DNA of 60,114 bases, counting the filler, from Bonamia ostreae (lineage: Eukaryota): assembly GCA_040357525.1 (NCBI GenBank). It is 10 parts of 10 records of this genome, joined end to end, with 100 filler letters (N's around TTAATTAATTAA, not from the genome) between each part and the next. Parts side by side here need not be neighbours in the genome. Positions count along the whole stretch, not along the records: positions 24,188 to 30,123 come from JBDODL010000155.1; positions 30,224 to 36,158 come from JBDODL010000156.1; positions 36,259 to 42,175 come from JBDODL010000157.1; 7 more parts are not named here. One strand, 5' to 3'. Shown piece by piece: positions 25,505-38,407 of this stretch. Positions within the stretch are counted from its first letter, which is position 1. Every line of letters starts with the position of its first letter. The notes beneath the pieces are model-generated. The model did no database searches and was not told the DNA's origin. It saw nothing but the letters and a program-made list of their open reading frames with translations. Position numbers and translations under genes: made by a program.

Positions 25505-25945
25505 ATGAAGATTTTCCTCAAAATCGTTTCAGATATAAAAAACTTCCCATTGCCCAAATTCCAAACTAAAGGAGCCGCAGGAGTCGACCTTTGCGCCGCG
25601 ATCAAAAAAGACATAACAATCGCTTCCGGCAAGTTTAAGTTGATTCCCACGGGAATCGCTGTCGCCATTCCACTCGGATACGAGGGCCAAGTAAGACCGA
25701 GATCCGGTCTTAGCGCTAAACATGGCGTGACAGTGCTCAATTCCCCGGGAACAATCGACTCGGATTATCGAGGCGAAATTTCAGTGATTTTGGCGAATTT
25801 TGGCGAAAAGGATTTCGTGGTTCGCCCGATGGAGCGGGTAGCGCAAATGGTTGTTGCAAAGCACGAAAGTGTTGATTGGATCGAAGGGCCACTCGAAGCA
25901 ACGAAAAGAGGTTCCGGGGGATTTGGCTCAACCGGCGAAAAGTAA
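25505..25945 (+). CDS. dut: Trimeric dUTP diphosphatase, bacterial-type sequence, intronless
   Basis: All five motifs present: AGVDL, RPRSGL, NSPGTIDSDYRGEI, ERVAQ, RGSGGFGSTG. Confidence 0.96.
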   Translation: MKIFLKIVSDIKNFPLPKFQTKGAAGVDLCAAIKKDITIASGKFKLIPTGIAVAIPLGYEGQVRPRSGLSAKHGVTVLNSPGTIDSDYRGEISVILANFGEKDFVVRPMERVAQMVVAKHESVDWIEGPLEATKRGSGGFGSTGEK

Positions 25946-26079
25946 ACTTTTTGTCTTTTTGTCGTTTCGGAAAATAAAAGTCGTTCCATTTTTAGTGCAA
26001 TGAATAATAACGTCGAAAATAAAAAATTGACGATTAAATTTTTGAATTGATTAAATTGGTTAAAAAATCATTAAATCAT

Positions 26080-26347
26080 TTATCCGCTTCCGACGATTAT
26101 ATTGTTAATCGGAATATGCACCAATTTTACGAAGAAGCCAATAAATCCCATCGTCAAAAAGCCAACCGCGGTGGCTTGCGCTAAACTTTTGAATTCTTTT
26201 AGTGAAACTAAAATAACCATTCGCGTCAGGTTTAGTGCACTTTTTAATAAGACGACTGCTGTCTTTTACAAAAGTCGTTATTTGCGTTGTGCAATAAGTT
26301 ACTGGGTTGAAGTCCAATTTTTTTTTAATTTTGGACAACACGGACAT
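26080..26347 (-). CDS. SEC61G: Sec61 gamma subunit
   Basis: [48 protein letters not shown] after removing a 22-nt intron (26196-26217). Confidence 0.95.
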
Positions 26348-26856
26348 ACAGCTTTTTATTATATTTAAAGATGTTAATAAGCTTAAAGATACCGCAGTGT
26401 TTTTATTGCAGAGATCGAACACAATTTTTGCACATACAATCTTAAGTCTCCACAGGATTTAAATGTCTCTTGAAATATCTTGTACACAATTTGTGTTTTG
26501 TTGTACACCGAAAAACATTTCGTCCAATGGCAAATTTGACAAAATTTTAATTCACATCTTTTTTTGTTCCGACGAAATCCATCGTTCAACTTTTTTTGAT
26601 CGTTTTAATGTTCCGTATTTTAATGGCTCTTAAAATTTGGCCTCAAAATAATTTTTTTTATCAAATCTCTATTTTCAAAGATTTTCAATTTGTGTAAAAA
26701 ACAAAACTGAAAAACTGAAAAACTGCTAATTTTTATTAAATTCGAAATTCGCCATTTTTCAATAATCGCAAAAGTAAGCGATTTACGAAATCGAATAAAA
26801 TTTGAATAATTAAAAAAATGTAAAAAAGACAATTTAATCAAATTGCACATTCAAAT

Positions 26857-27752
26857 TTATTCGGTAATAAAAAATCTGTAAGTCAAGCACGCGAAAACCA
26901 TTCCAATAAGAGCTTTTAATTTTTATTTTTTAACCTCCGAAAATCACATCCGTCAAAAAATGCCACTGCTCGAACATTCTCGAAGCGGCGATAATGCCAG
27001 CGATGACAAGAGGAAAGCAAATTGAGACGATTTTACAAAATTTGATTTTCAAATTATCTTCGAATCGTTTCGACATTAATTTGTCTTTCAAATAACAGAA
27101 AACGACGCCTTGGCTCGAAAAAGCGATTGCAGAATGGCCTGAAGGAAACGATTTTCTGGCTAAATGCTCTAACTTTTTCTTTTATTTTTAGAATTTTTTA
27201 AAATCGACCATTTTCGAAAATAAAATTTTTTTAAAAATCGGCCATTTTTTAAACTAGCGACGAACCAAATTAATTTTATCGAAATTTTAAGATTTGTCAA
27301 AACCGAAGCAGTGCATTTTTCAAGCAATTTGTCGTAAGAACACAATTCGTAAAAATTAGGTCGAAGCCGCCCAACGGCGATTTTCAGAGTCGCTGTAACG
27401 ACATAAGTGATATTAATCGATAGAAGAATCGTCGAAGCGAAAAGCAAAATTTGCTAAATTTATATTGTCATTTAACCATTAACGAGAACGCTTCGTCTAA
27501 AATGTATTCGACCACGGCGAAAATGGCGATCGGCAACAGAAAGCAGGTTAGGGCTAAAAATTTTTTGCCGATGTGGGTTCTGATTACCGGGTGGGACAAA
27601 AAAGGAATATCTTCTTTGACTGTAACAACCCGCGGCGGAATATTCAGATTAACGCAAACTGTTATTCCGAAAAGAATTAATGAGACCAATAACGAAAGTG
27701 CTATTTTTTTAAAAACGCTCTTTTCGAGAAGTTTACTCAAATCCATTCTCAT
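26857..27752 (-). CDS. PAP2-family lipid phosphate phosphatase
   Basis: KIAVGRLRPNF, SFPSGHS and SRMFEQWHFLTDV catalytic motifs across GT-AG introns. Confidence 0.88.
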
Positions 27753-27939
27753 TATATCGAAAAGCTTATTAGGATTTCTAATATTTTGTAATTATAAGTT
27801 TTGCATATAATCGCAAATTAAATGTTTAGACAATGCAGTCTTTTCTGCCGTTTAAATGTTTATAGCGCATGTTTTTGCATTCTCTAGAAATTCTAATATT
27901 GCAAATCTTTAGTCGAATTTTAGTTCAGATTTAGTAAAA

Positions 27940-28397
27940 ATGGTGGATTCAAGTAAAAAGGATAACGAAAAGTTGATTTCTTTCGAAACTCTTTTCTGTC
28001 CAAAGTGCGAATCCATTTTATCCCGCCCTGATCTGAACAACGTAATATCCTGTTACGCTTGCAATTACAATTGTCTCCACAGCGAGTTTTTTTCGCCGGA
28101 GCAAATTTCCGATCAAAAAGAAGAGATTTTCACTGAGGAGTTTTATGATTGTGACGATTTCTCTGGCGATGTTGTCGCTCGTCCAACCGTTTTTGGACTT
28201 TTAATTGACAAATTTTAAGTTTTAAAAAATATTTTAAATTTTGACATTTAACGATAATGAAGGTTAAATTTGATTGCCCGGAATGCCCATCAAAGAAAGC
28301 TTCCTATTTGGCGCTCCAAATGCGAAGTGTCGATGAAGGCCAAACAGTTTTCTATGAATGTGTCGATTGTGGACACAAAACTCGCACAGATTCATAA
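27940..28397 (+). CDS. RPA12: RNA polymerase I subunit RPA12
   Basis: N-terminal Zn ribbon FCPKC..CYAC; second exon CPEC..QMRSVDEGQTVFYECVDC. Confidence 0.92.
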
Positions 28398-28778
28398 AAT
28401 AAATTTTGTTGTTTGTTTGTGATAAAATTCTATTCGAACCAATTTTAAAAAATTTGCTCGTTTTACAAAATTTGGTCTTTGTGTTAATCTTTGATTGCCA
28501 AATTTGGCGATATAAATTTTATTAGTTCTTTTCAAATATTTTTAGGTTCATTCCATGCGCAGCGAATATTTATAAAAAATATTTACAAAATATTTGAAAA
28601 ATATTTCAAAAATCTAACGAGAAAAAAATATTTTATTTGACGATTTGAAGCAGTTAAACAAAATTCGACAAAACAAAAAGTCGGTTTCATCAAAAACCTT
28701 AAATCGATCGCCATAAAACATGAAATCTAAATTTTAATCGAACATTAATAATTTTTAATATAATTTAAAATCACTAAA

Positions 28779-29911
28779 ATGGCTTCTACAAACTATGGCT
28801 TTGCTAAATTAGTGGCTTTGTCGGGCGATGAGTTCTATATCAAATCGCCCACAATTATTTTAGGCCGACATTCCTCAAACGCGCTTAGCGACAAATCGGT
28901 CTGTTTTTGTCCTCTGAGCACTTCCAAACTGATTTCTAGAAAACACGCCAAAATCTTCTTCAACTTTTCTCCCGTTTGTTTTCAGATCTGCTGTATCTGC
29001 AAAAACGGTTTTTTCGCCCGAAAAAGGCTAAATTTTAACTTTTCGCGAATTTTGATTCAAATTTGCAAATTCTGAATTAAAGATATTTTTGTCGATGAAA
29101 AGATTGTAACAAAAGAAAATGGAGCCGTAACACTAAAAAACGGCTCTTCCGTCGTTATCGGCGATTTTGCTTTTCTTTTTCTTTTACCCAAAAATTTTCC
29201 GGATCTCCAAAACCGCTTCAAAATGGCTTCCGAAAAACTTGTTTCCGACATTTAAAATTCAAGATTGAATTTGATCTGGAAATTCCCAAAAAAGAGAAAA
29301 CGAATTCGTTAAATTTCCGGAAAAACAATTTTGATCGTCCGAAAGAAAAATTGCTCGCGATCGTCAAATTGATTATTTGCGAAAATTCTTCTCAGAAAAT
29401 GACTTACGAAGCCGTTGTTAATGCCATCGAACAGCGATACAGACACAAACATCCCGAGTTTTATAATTTTTTTATTTATCGCAATCTTTAAATTGTCAAA
29501 TTTTTTCAATTTGTTTTTATTAAAATTCGGTTTTGGAATGATCATAATTTGGATAATTATAAAAGATGGATATCCAGAGCGGATTGGAAATATAAAGTGA
29601 AATCGATATTGAACAACAAACGCCAATTTTTCCAGTTTGTCGACAAATATATCGACAATGAAAAAAAGACTGTTTTCGTTGAAACTTTTACACTGAAAAA
29701 ATTTGCGCAGCGCTTTGCGCCTGAAACAAACAAGAAAAATAATGTCGATATACAAAATAACAATCGATTGAAGTTTAAATCTAAAAAACAAATATTCTCA
29801 AAAAATTTTGATAATATTTTAAAAATTATAAAAGTTTGGCGAATCAGAATTCAAAATTCTTTAAAACGGCGTACAGAAACCAATTTCAATCGTTTAATGG
29901 CAATGCGCTAA
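28779..29911 (+). CDS. FHA-domain protein with divergent forkhead/winged-helix-like region
   Basis: FHA motifs FAKL, ILGR, ISRKHAKI, KNG|IFVD and FLFLLP; then RPKEKLLAIVKLII..KMTYEAVVNAIEQRY..DWKYKVKSILN..FFQF. Confidence 0.7.
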
Positions 29912-29956
29912 AATCAATTCAAAATCCAGCAAAACAATTTTTAATCAATTCGTTTA

Positions 29957-30123
29957 TTAAATTTTGAACTGTTTTACAAAATTTGAAAATTGCAACTTTT
30001 TGTTCAAACTTTAAAATTTTGAACTGTTTTTCCAAATTTGAAAATTGCAACTTTTTGTTCAAACTTTAAAATTTTGAACTGTTTTACAAAATTTGAAAAT
30101 TGCAACTTTTTGTTCAAACTTTA
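29957..30123. repeat. 55-nt tandem repeat, 3 copies running to contig end
   Basis: Unit ttaaaattttgaactgttttacaaaatttgaaaattgcaactttttgttcaaact. Confidence 0.9.
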
Positions 30124-30223
30124 NNNNNNNNNNNNNNNNNNNNNNNNNNNNNNNNNNNNNNNNNNNNTTAATTAATTAANNNNNNNNNNNNNNNNNNNNN
30201 NNNNNNNNNNNNNNNNNNNNNNN

Positions 30224-30978
30224 AATCAAAAATGAACAAATTATTTTTGAGAATAGAATGCTCAAAAACAACTAAAAGAGCCTTCCGAATCAATGTCGAG
30301 ACTTTTCAGATCCCCGCAACTTCGTCTTCTTATGACCCAAAGAAAGCCTTTCACGTGTTTCTGGAAACTACTCGTGCTTTGTCTGGTGACTCCTTTTATT
30401 AAATGAAATCGCGCGATTTGTCTAGCTATTTCCTGGCAGAATTTAAGATCTGCCATTTCTTCCATTTTGGCGATTCGGCCGTCAACAAATTCTTCGAGGC
30501 GACCGTCGCCGAAGTCGAAGTAGAAATCCGGGCCGAGTCCTTGCGAGGCTATGAGCGCGAACCTGTTCTTTTCTTCTAAGCGCTCTTTGGCAGTTTGTTC
30601 GGCGTCTTTGTGCGAACCGCCGTAAATCCTAATCAACACTTTGCTGATCGGTTTTATTGACACTTTTTTTTCTATAATGATTTAACGATTAAGCTCCATT
30701 CTGTTTGTTTATTAAAGTTTAATGTTATTTAATTTTTGGGAATAAGCTTAAACGGCTATTTTTTTGTAGCGATCACCGACTAATTGTTTGAATAGACTCA
30801 ATTTGTGATCTTTTACAAAAGCTTTGTAGATTTTATTGGATAAGCCTCCTTCGATCGCCTTTAAATCAAATTGCTAAACTTCAACGCCAATCCAATCGCT
30901 TTGCAGCAGATCCCAATCTGCGATGTTTTCCTTCAAAATCTCAAAAATACTCAAAATTAATAAAGCTTACTCTATCAT
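30224..30978 (-). CDS. Choline/ethanolamine kinase, truncated by contig end
   Basis: GGLSNKIY, KVLIRIYG, GLGP..GRLEEFVDG and IARQIARFH. Confidence 0.88.
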
Positions 30979-31408
30979 TAATTATCGATTCAAATTTTTT
31001 ACATATAATAGATTTATGGTTAAATTGAGACGAAACCAAAAATTCAAATTTATTTTACAAATGTAAATTTGTTATTAAATCTTTATTTGTTAATTAAATT
31101 TATTTTAGCTCAAACCGTTTTTGTATCTACAGAGACAATTTCTATTTGTATTAAATCAATTCAATTTGTTGATAAACTGGAACACTTTTACAAGCCAAAA
31201 AAATTGTTTTTATAAAAATCTTTGTTCAAAATGACTTTCATGTAAAAATTAGGTTTCGACCAAATTCAAAAAAAGTAAAACCCGATATAAAAAATAAAAG
31301 TCCGATAAAAATAAATAAAAAAATGTTTGCTAAAATTTTACAAAAACACGTCAAAAATAAAATTTTAAAAATGTCCCAGTTAAGAAAATTTAAAACGGCT
31401 ATAAATTT

Positions 31409-34400
31409 TTAATAGGATCGCTTCATCGGAGGTATTTTTTCCGCTTCGTTGTCAAGAGGATCAGAATGAACCGCTCTAAAGCCAATGTCACATTTTTTAT
31501 CGTTGCCGACCCAACTCAAAGTGTGCTTCATCCACTTGTTATCATCTCTTTCCTAAAATTAGATTTTGGAATTTTTTTAAATTACTGGAAAGTCTTCTCT
31601 CGCATGAGCTCCTCTGCTTTCTTCTCGGATATAAGCAGAGTTCACTATTTGTGTCGCCATTATTAACAAGTTTTCGAGTTCCAAAGTTTCTATCAAATCT
31701 GTGTTCCTTTTTTGTTTGTTGTTGCAACCAAATGAGTAAAGTTTTATTGTTGTAATGCGAGCGATGAAACGATGAAAACCAAATGAGAGAACGATCGCTT
31801 AATTTGACGTTATCGAACATTTCGAAGATTTTTTTGACCTCTTTTATTCCTTTTTAAAATATTTGTCCAAACCATTTGCCAAAGTTTCTCCGGTTCTGAA
31901 AACGGCCGCGTCGCGTTGCATCGCTTTCTGCAACTTTAACCGAATTTCAGATGTTGAAAATTCTCCGTTTGCTCGACGTAATTTGTCCAATCTGGCGAGA
32001 CTTACTTCTCCCGCGTCTTCCGCAAATTTTTCGTGTTTTTTCCCTTAAAAAATGTTTATTCGGCAAAAAATCTTATTTTGTACAAAAAATTGAGCTAAAT
32101 TTGGAAAATGGCTTAAAGTTTGTCAAATAATTTGTGCTAAATTTGGAAAATAAATTTAAAGTAGCTTTAAACAAAATAGCCAACAAAACAACAATGACCT
32201 TTTTCCATCGTATCTCTGCACTGGAGCGCACAAGAGCGCCCAAAAACGACTAAATCCAATAAAGAATTTGCGCCCAAACGATTTGCTCCATGCACTGAAG
32301 CCGATGCTGCTTCTCCACACGCCATTAATCCAGGAACAATTTTATCCTTTCCGCAGTTCTGTCAAATTTTTGAATAAACATCAATTGTAATAACTTCCCC
32401 TTTATAATTCGTCGGAATTCCTCCCATATTGTAGTGCACTCTTTGTTAAGATTTGATTTCAAAAAATTTCGCAAAAAATTGCAACGTTTTACATTTTAGA
32501 TTTGATTACAAAAAAATGTAATTTGCTTTTATTGTTTCGCAAAATTTGATCCACAATAAATTTGCAATATTTAAGTAAAAATTCTACAAAACGTCGGAAG
32601 AACGGGAATCGGTTCTTTAGTGACATCGACTCCAGCAAAAATTTTGGCCGTCTCGGAAATGCCTGGCAATCTCTCCGCTAGCAACTCTTTCGGAAGATGG
32701 TCGAGATGAAGATGAATGTGATCTTTGTGTTCCCCCACACCTCGGCCTTCTCTTATTTCGATTGTGATCGATCTCGAAACTACGTCTCTAAAAATTTTTG
32801 CCAATCGTTAAATTCGACGAACAAAAATTTTTAGTTAAACTAAAATAACCTCGAGGCGAGATCTTTTGCGTTCGGCGCATATCTTTCCATAAATCTTTCT
32901 CCATTGCTGTTTTTGAGGTACCCACCTTCTCCACGAGAGCCTTCAGTGATCAAACAACCGGCTCCGTAGATTCCAGTCGGATGGAATTGCACGAATTCCA
33001 TGTCTTGGTTTGGCAACCCGGACCTCGCGGCCATCGCGTTGCCGTCGCCTGTGCAAGTATGCGCACTAGTGCAACTTGATTATTCTTATTAAGTAAACGA
33101 AAAATAAGTGCGGCCCGCGCCTCCTGTGGCAATGATGGTCTTGTGGGCTTTGAAGCGATGCACGGAGCCGTCTTCCCTATTTTTTGTTTTATGGCAACAT
33201 GCACAAAGCGGTGATGCCTCTGCAGACGCCGTTTTGCATTATAAGATCGAGTGCGAAGTACTCGATGAAAAATTGCGTGTCGTGGGCCAAGGACTGCCCG
33301 TACAGCGTGTGGAGCATCGCATGGCCAGTTCTGTCTGCAGCGGCAGCCTTAATGAAGTTTGAGTTTTAAGGTCAAAAGATATCAGACTTTTTAAACGGTC
33401 AAAAGATATCTTATCGAATAATGGTCTAAATCGATTTTTAAGTTTAGAATTGAAAAGGAAGAGAATAATAACGATTGTAATAAAAAAGTTATAATTTCTT
33501 GAGAGGTTTCCTCTCAACAATAATGTAAATAGTAAATTTCTTCCCCCACTAAAAGAGGATGGATTCTCCCTTTTAAATATATAAAACAAAAAAAGTTAAG
33601 CGGGACGAACCGTCTTCAAAAACGGTTTTATCTACTTACTACAAAACAAGGAGTAAAAAACAAGGATACATAACTATATAATAACAATGACTTCAAAAAG
33701 TGGAATAACGGCAAAAATAAAAAGATGCGATCGTCTATAAAGCGCATTAAAATAGTTAAAAACAAAATTATGATGACTTGACTTTAATTATTTCTAATAA
33801 TAAGTGATTTTCCATCGATAAATAATTTTAAAGACGTCCTTCGTTAAAAATTATATCGACAACAAAGACCGAAATTAGCTTAAAAGGGATTTTGGGAAAT
33901 GGGTCAATACACAATTTCAGATCACTCAGCATATAAAAACGGTTCTGTAAGCTTGTCCGCCTTTCCCGAACTCGACTGTTTGGCCTCCGAAAGCGCGCTG
34001 ATAGATTTTGCCGTCTTTCGTTCTAGAAAACGGCATTCCGTAAGACTCGAGCTCGCGCACAGCCGCGGGTGCTTCTCTTGCCATGTACTGAATCGAATCA
34101 GCGTCGCCGAGCCAGTCGGCGCCCTTCACTGTGTCGTAGTAGTGCCAACGCCAGTCGTCCTCTGGACATTACGTTTTGAGCTTAAACTGTGCATATTGCC
34201 AAGCGACGCGTTGATTCCGCCCTGAGCGGCGACAGTGTGTGAACGGGTTGGAAAAAGTTTTGAGATACAAGCGGTTTTAAAGCCTTCTTTGGCAAGTCCG
34301 AATGCAGCTCTTAAGCCGGCCCCGCCAGCTCCTACGACAACGCAGTCAAATTCGTGGTCAATTACGTTGTACGGCTCAAATTTGAAGTTTGAAAAGTGCT

Positions 34401-34461
34401 TTAAATTGCGATGTTTGGACTCTAATGTTGGTTTCGCAATCCGTTTTCCAAATCTGAACAT
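31409..34461 (-). CDS. SDHA: Succinate dehydrogenase flavoprotein subunit, 11 introns
   Basis: [57 protein letters not shown] and ESRGAHAR; basic presequence. Confidence 0.98.
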
Positions 34462-34856
34462 TAGTAATTATTGCTAAATTTTGTTTTACCGAAGCGTTAT
34501 ATTTATTGGATATAATAATATGTTTAGACATAACACAATTTGATGTTTTTTTCATTATTGTAGATTTTTTGGCTTATTGATAACTTTTAATTTTGAAGAT
34601 AATCAAATTTATTTCTAGATAAAATTTTTTGAAAGTTGTTGTAATTTTTTATTATTAACTTTGTACTTTTTAGTCAATAAAGATTTAATAAAATCTCTCT
34701 ATTTGTATTATCATTTGAATCATTTCTAGAGATTATTGGAAGTTGCTATAAATACTTCTTGCTCGAACTTTTAAACAAAACATTTCATAACAAATTTTAA
34801 GCTCTTTCGGTTACTTGATTTTTGTTTTTATCAACATTAACTAATTAGTTTTCCAC

Positions 34857-35786
34857 ATGTTCAATTTATTGACAAAACCTCTCAAATGGGCGCTCAATCC
34901 ATTTGCAAGAAAGTTCCACGGTTCCTCTGCTTTAATAAAAGATTCGCCTGTAATAAACATAAACGTTCTTGCTGCTGTTTCCGTTATTCTTTTGACCGCA
35001 AGATATTATTTTTCCAAAATAAGCGTTATGAAAAATGTTTTTAAACAAAAATAATTCATCTTTTAAGGAAAATTTAAAGAAAATTGACAATAAAGAAAAA
35101 ACCGTTGAAAATCTTTGGTACTCCATTTACTATTCTATTACGACACCCATTGGATTCGCTATTTGCCTCAAGAAAAACCTCTACTGGCCCATCGAGAACA
35201 ATCTACTGGACGTTCCTGAAGCGCACTTTCCTCCAGAAATAAAATACTTTGTCGTTTTCCAGCTCTCTTTCTACATCTCGTCGTTGGTTTACATGGTCAC
35301 CAGAGAAAAGCGCAGAAAGGACTTTTGCCAGATGGTCTTGCACCACATTAATACCATCGCTTTGATCGTAACATTTTTTCAAAAAAAGCATTATTCAGTT
35401 TTTTACGGTTTTAGAGAAATTGGAGTGCTCATTCTTAATGTGCACGACATCACAGATTTCTTCCTTTACACGGCGAAATATCTCAACGGCGTAAAGAACA
35501 AGTTGAAAAATGTTTGCTTCGTCGCTTTCGCGGTTTCTTATTTTCTGCTGAGGATAGTTTATTATCCGATTATCGCTTGTTTTTTGTTTAATTTATAGAC
35601 CATCTGCATCTGTTTTTAAGCAGAGCCGACTTTCTGTGCTTTGGTGAAATTTTGATTGGGAGTTTCATGTTGTCTGTTTTGGTCGTTCTTCACGTTTATT
35701 GGTTTTCGCTGATTCTTAAGATTGTCTGGAGAATTTTTAGTGGGAATGACCAAATAAGAGATATCCGCAGTGACGATGAAGATTAA
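34857..35786 (+). CDS. Ceramide synthase (LAG1/TLC domain)
   Basis: RRKDFCQMVLHH, HDITDFFLYTAK, LHVYWFSLI and terminal DIRSDDED; three introns. Confidence 0.93.
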
Positions 35787-36258
35787 ATATGCGACATCTG
35801 TTGTGTTGTAAAGACAAATATTATTTTTTATTGATCGAAGTGGAAATCTCCTTGGATATCCATTAAGTCGGCATAGATAAAAATTTTACGAGAATTGTTC
35901 TTCGACCAATAAATTCTGATCTTTGGCCTGGATTATTAACCGCGCCTAAAAACGATAAACTCAAAACTGAAGAAATCGATAATTTAAATTTTAATAACGA
36001 TAAGTTTGTTAACCCAGTCACTCGCTATGTCTGTGCTAGAAGGGGAAATCGAAGTTGACTGACATATAAAAATAAAATAGAAGATTTGGTCTGCAGGCGT
36101 AAATAAAAATAAATTGTATATAAAAACCAATTGTAAAAATAATAAAAAGGAAAAAGTANNNNNNNNNNNNNNNNNNNNNNNNNNNNNNNNNNNNNNNNNN
36201 NNTTAATTAATTAANNNNNNNNNNNNNNNNNNNNNNNNNNNNNNNNNNNNNNNNNNNN

Positions 36259-38069
36259 AAACAAAAATCTTTTAATTTTACTAAAACAAAAATAACTTAA
36301 ATCAAAATTTTAATAAAAACTCGACAAGCTTTTTCAGAACTTGCAAAGCTTTATTTCTTGTATAACTGACAACATCGAGAGTTCTTTCTTCGATACGATC
36401 CAACAATTTTCCAACCTTTTCCAAAACATTTTCAATTTTTTCTTTATCAGTCAAATTTTTATCCAAATTTCTATCTTTGTCCAAATTCTCTTTATTGTCA
36501 TTTTTCACTTCTTCGTCCTCATCTGTCACCAATTCCTTCGAATTGACCAATTTTGCCTTTTTGTTGTTTTCTTTGTTCTCCGAAACAACAGAATCTTCAA
36601 GATTTTCTTCGAAAAGTATTTCCAAATTTATTATAAGTTCTCCAAAAATTTCAATCACGCCATTTCTCATTTTGTACGACTAAATTTTATTGAAATTTCG
36701 AAAATTTTTTCAAAGCAAATTAAAAAAAAACAGATCCGCTTAAGAACGGCAACAAGACGTCAACGTTTTTGTATACGATTTTTGGCGCGTTCACAGCAAT
36801 TTCACTTAAAAATATTCCAATGTTCTCGGCGCCTTTAATGTTTTTGGACAAATTTTTATCGTCCAATCTTCCGATTTCCCTTAAAATTTAAACATTGAAA
36901 TTTGTGTTTTTTACGTTGTTCTAATTTTGTTTGCTGCACGTCAAAATTTCAACCTTATAATGTTGCCAATGATATCTTCGAATTTGTACTTTTCGACTAA
37001 AAAGATGTACAATTTGGCTATTTTCGGAGCAAATTTTTCTCTGTTCAAAAGCATGTGTGTAAAAGTAGCCGACAACGTCAGTTGCAAGTAGGAGTTGTTT
37101 TCAATGTTTAGACCGAACATTTTGAAGACCGTCGATGACAAAGAGTTTGTCGAATGTTTTGCTTCAAATATCGTTGTTGCAGTCTTAAAAAACATGTTTC
37201 CGTATTCTTTGAAAAATAAAAAATAGCAAAATCTGCTTCGGAAAATAAAGCAAATGGCGGATTTTATTAGAATTAAGTAGAAACCTTCTTCCGGCGTATT
37301 AAGATTCCACAATCTTTTTATGTTTTTGCAGTTAATGACAGATTTAATGGCTCCGAAAATGCGTTCTTTTTCAAAATGCCAATTCCATTTGTTTTTGTCG
37401 CTTTGGTCAAATTTTTCGGAGGTATTAATGGCCATGCAACCGAGAAAGGAAACGATTTTGGCGGCGTTGCGAAGAGCTGTTTTTTCATCGCTTTCGACGT
37501 TTTTTAAAAAATCGATCGTTGCGACGAGATTTTCGATGGCGTCGCATAAAATCTCTAGCACAGAACGTTTAATTGAAGGTTCCAATGACGGAAATTTTCT
37601 TTAGTTTTTAGTTTTGCAAAATTTGGCAACGAAATTTTTTGCAAAATAAAATTTCTTAAATCAATTTGTTCTGGAATTTTTTTAATTTGTTCACAAAAAA
37701 TTTTATTAGAAATTGCAAATTTGAAATTGTTTGACAAAATTATTAAAATTGAAAAAAATTAAAATTGTTTCACAAAAAATTTTATTAACAAAAAATTTAA
37801 AATAATCGACTAAAGTACGAGCAAAGTTGATAAAGAGGATCAAAAGTGTCGTGATTCCATAGAGAATGAGGATTGAATTGGCTGTTATTGGTCACAGAAT
37901 TTTTAATTGAGCTCAAAACGTCGTTTTGAACACTCAAATTCTCCAAACGTCGACTATGTTTACATTGCGCCAAAAAGCCCTTTAAATTTTGAAAAAATAC
38001 AGTTTTTGCTTCTTTTGCGTAAAACTTTGGATCTAAATATTTTAGAGATATATTAAATTCTTCTTCCAT
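36259..38069 (-). CDS. NCAPD2: Condensin I subunit CAP-D2/Ycs4, N-terminal part, truncated by contig end
   Basis: RNAAKI..FL, RLWN..PEE, MRNGVIEIFGELI and LLDRIEERTLDVVSYTRNKALQV. Confidence 0.8.
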
Positions 38070-38407
38070 TAAAATCTTTGAGATATTAAAGATTTTGTCT
38101 AAATATTATTTTAGCCGTTTTTATAATTTTTAGCCGTTTAATAAGACTTCTCTTAAAATCGTTAAATTTCCGCGCTTCGACGACTTCTCTTAACTTTTGA
38201 GCCGATTTCTTTTGACGAACGCATTTTTACATAATTTTTTGACGTGATTATTTTGTCCATCTTCTTCAGATGGAAATTTAAGTCTTCTTTTATGCTTTGA
38301 TCGATATTGGTGATTACGTCCCTTTGCGATTAAAATATTGTCACAGAAAAATTAATCACAGACATTAAAAATAATTTGAAACGAAAAAAATAATTTTTAT
38401 TAATAAA

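Noticed and set aside
26383-26589. Cys-containing 68-aa ORF between PAP2 and Sec61g
   Set aside because: No ATG start resolved and no recognisable motif; insufficient support.
31409-34461. Stop-codon reassignment or pervasive frameshifting to explain broken ORFs
   Set aside because: Every break examined in conserved genes is resolved by a GT-AG intron, TAA/TGA end genes normally, and TGG encodes conserved Trp.
36013-36067. Hairpin followed by ACA as an H/ACA snoRNA
   Set aside because: Irregular stem, no clear pseudouridylation pocket and no upstream hairpin with an H box.
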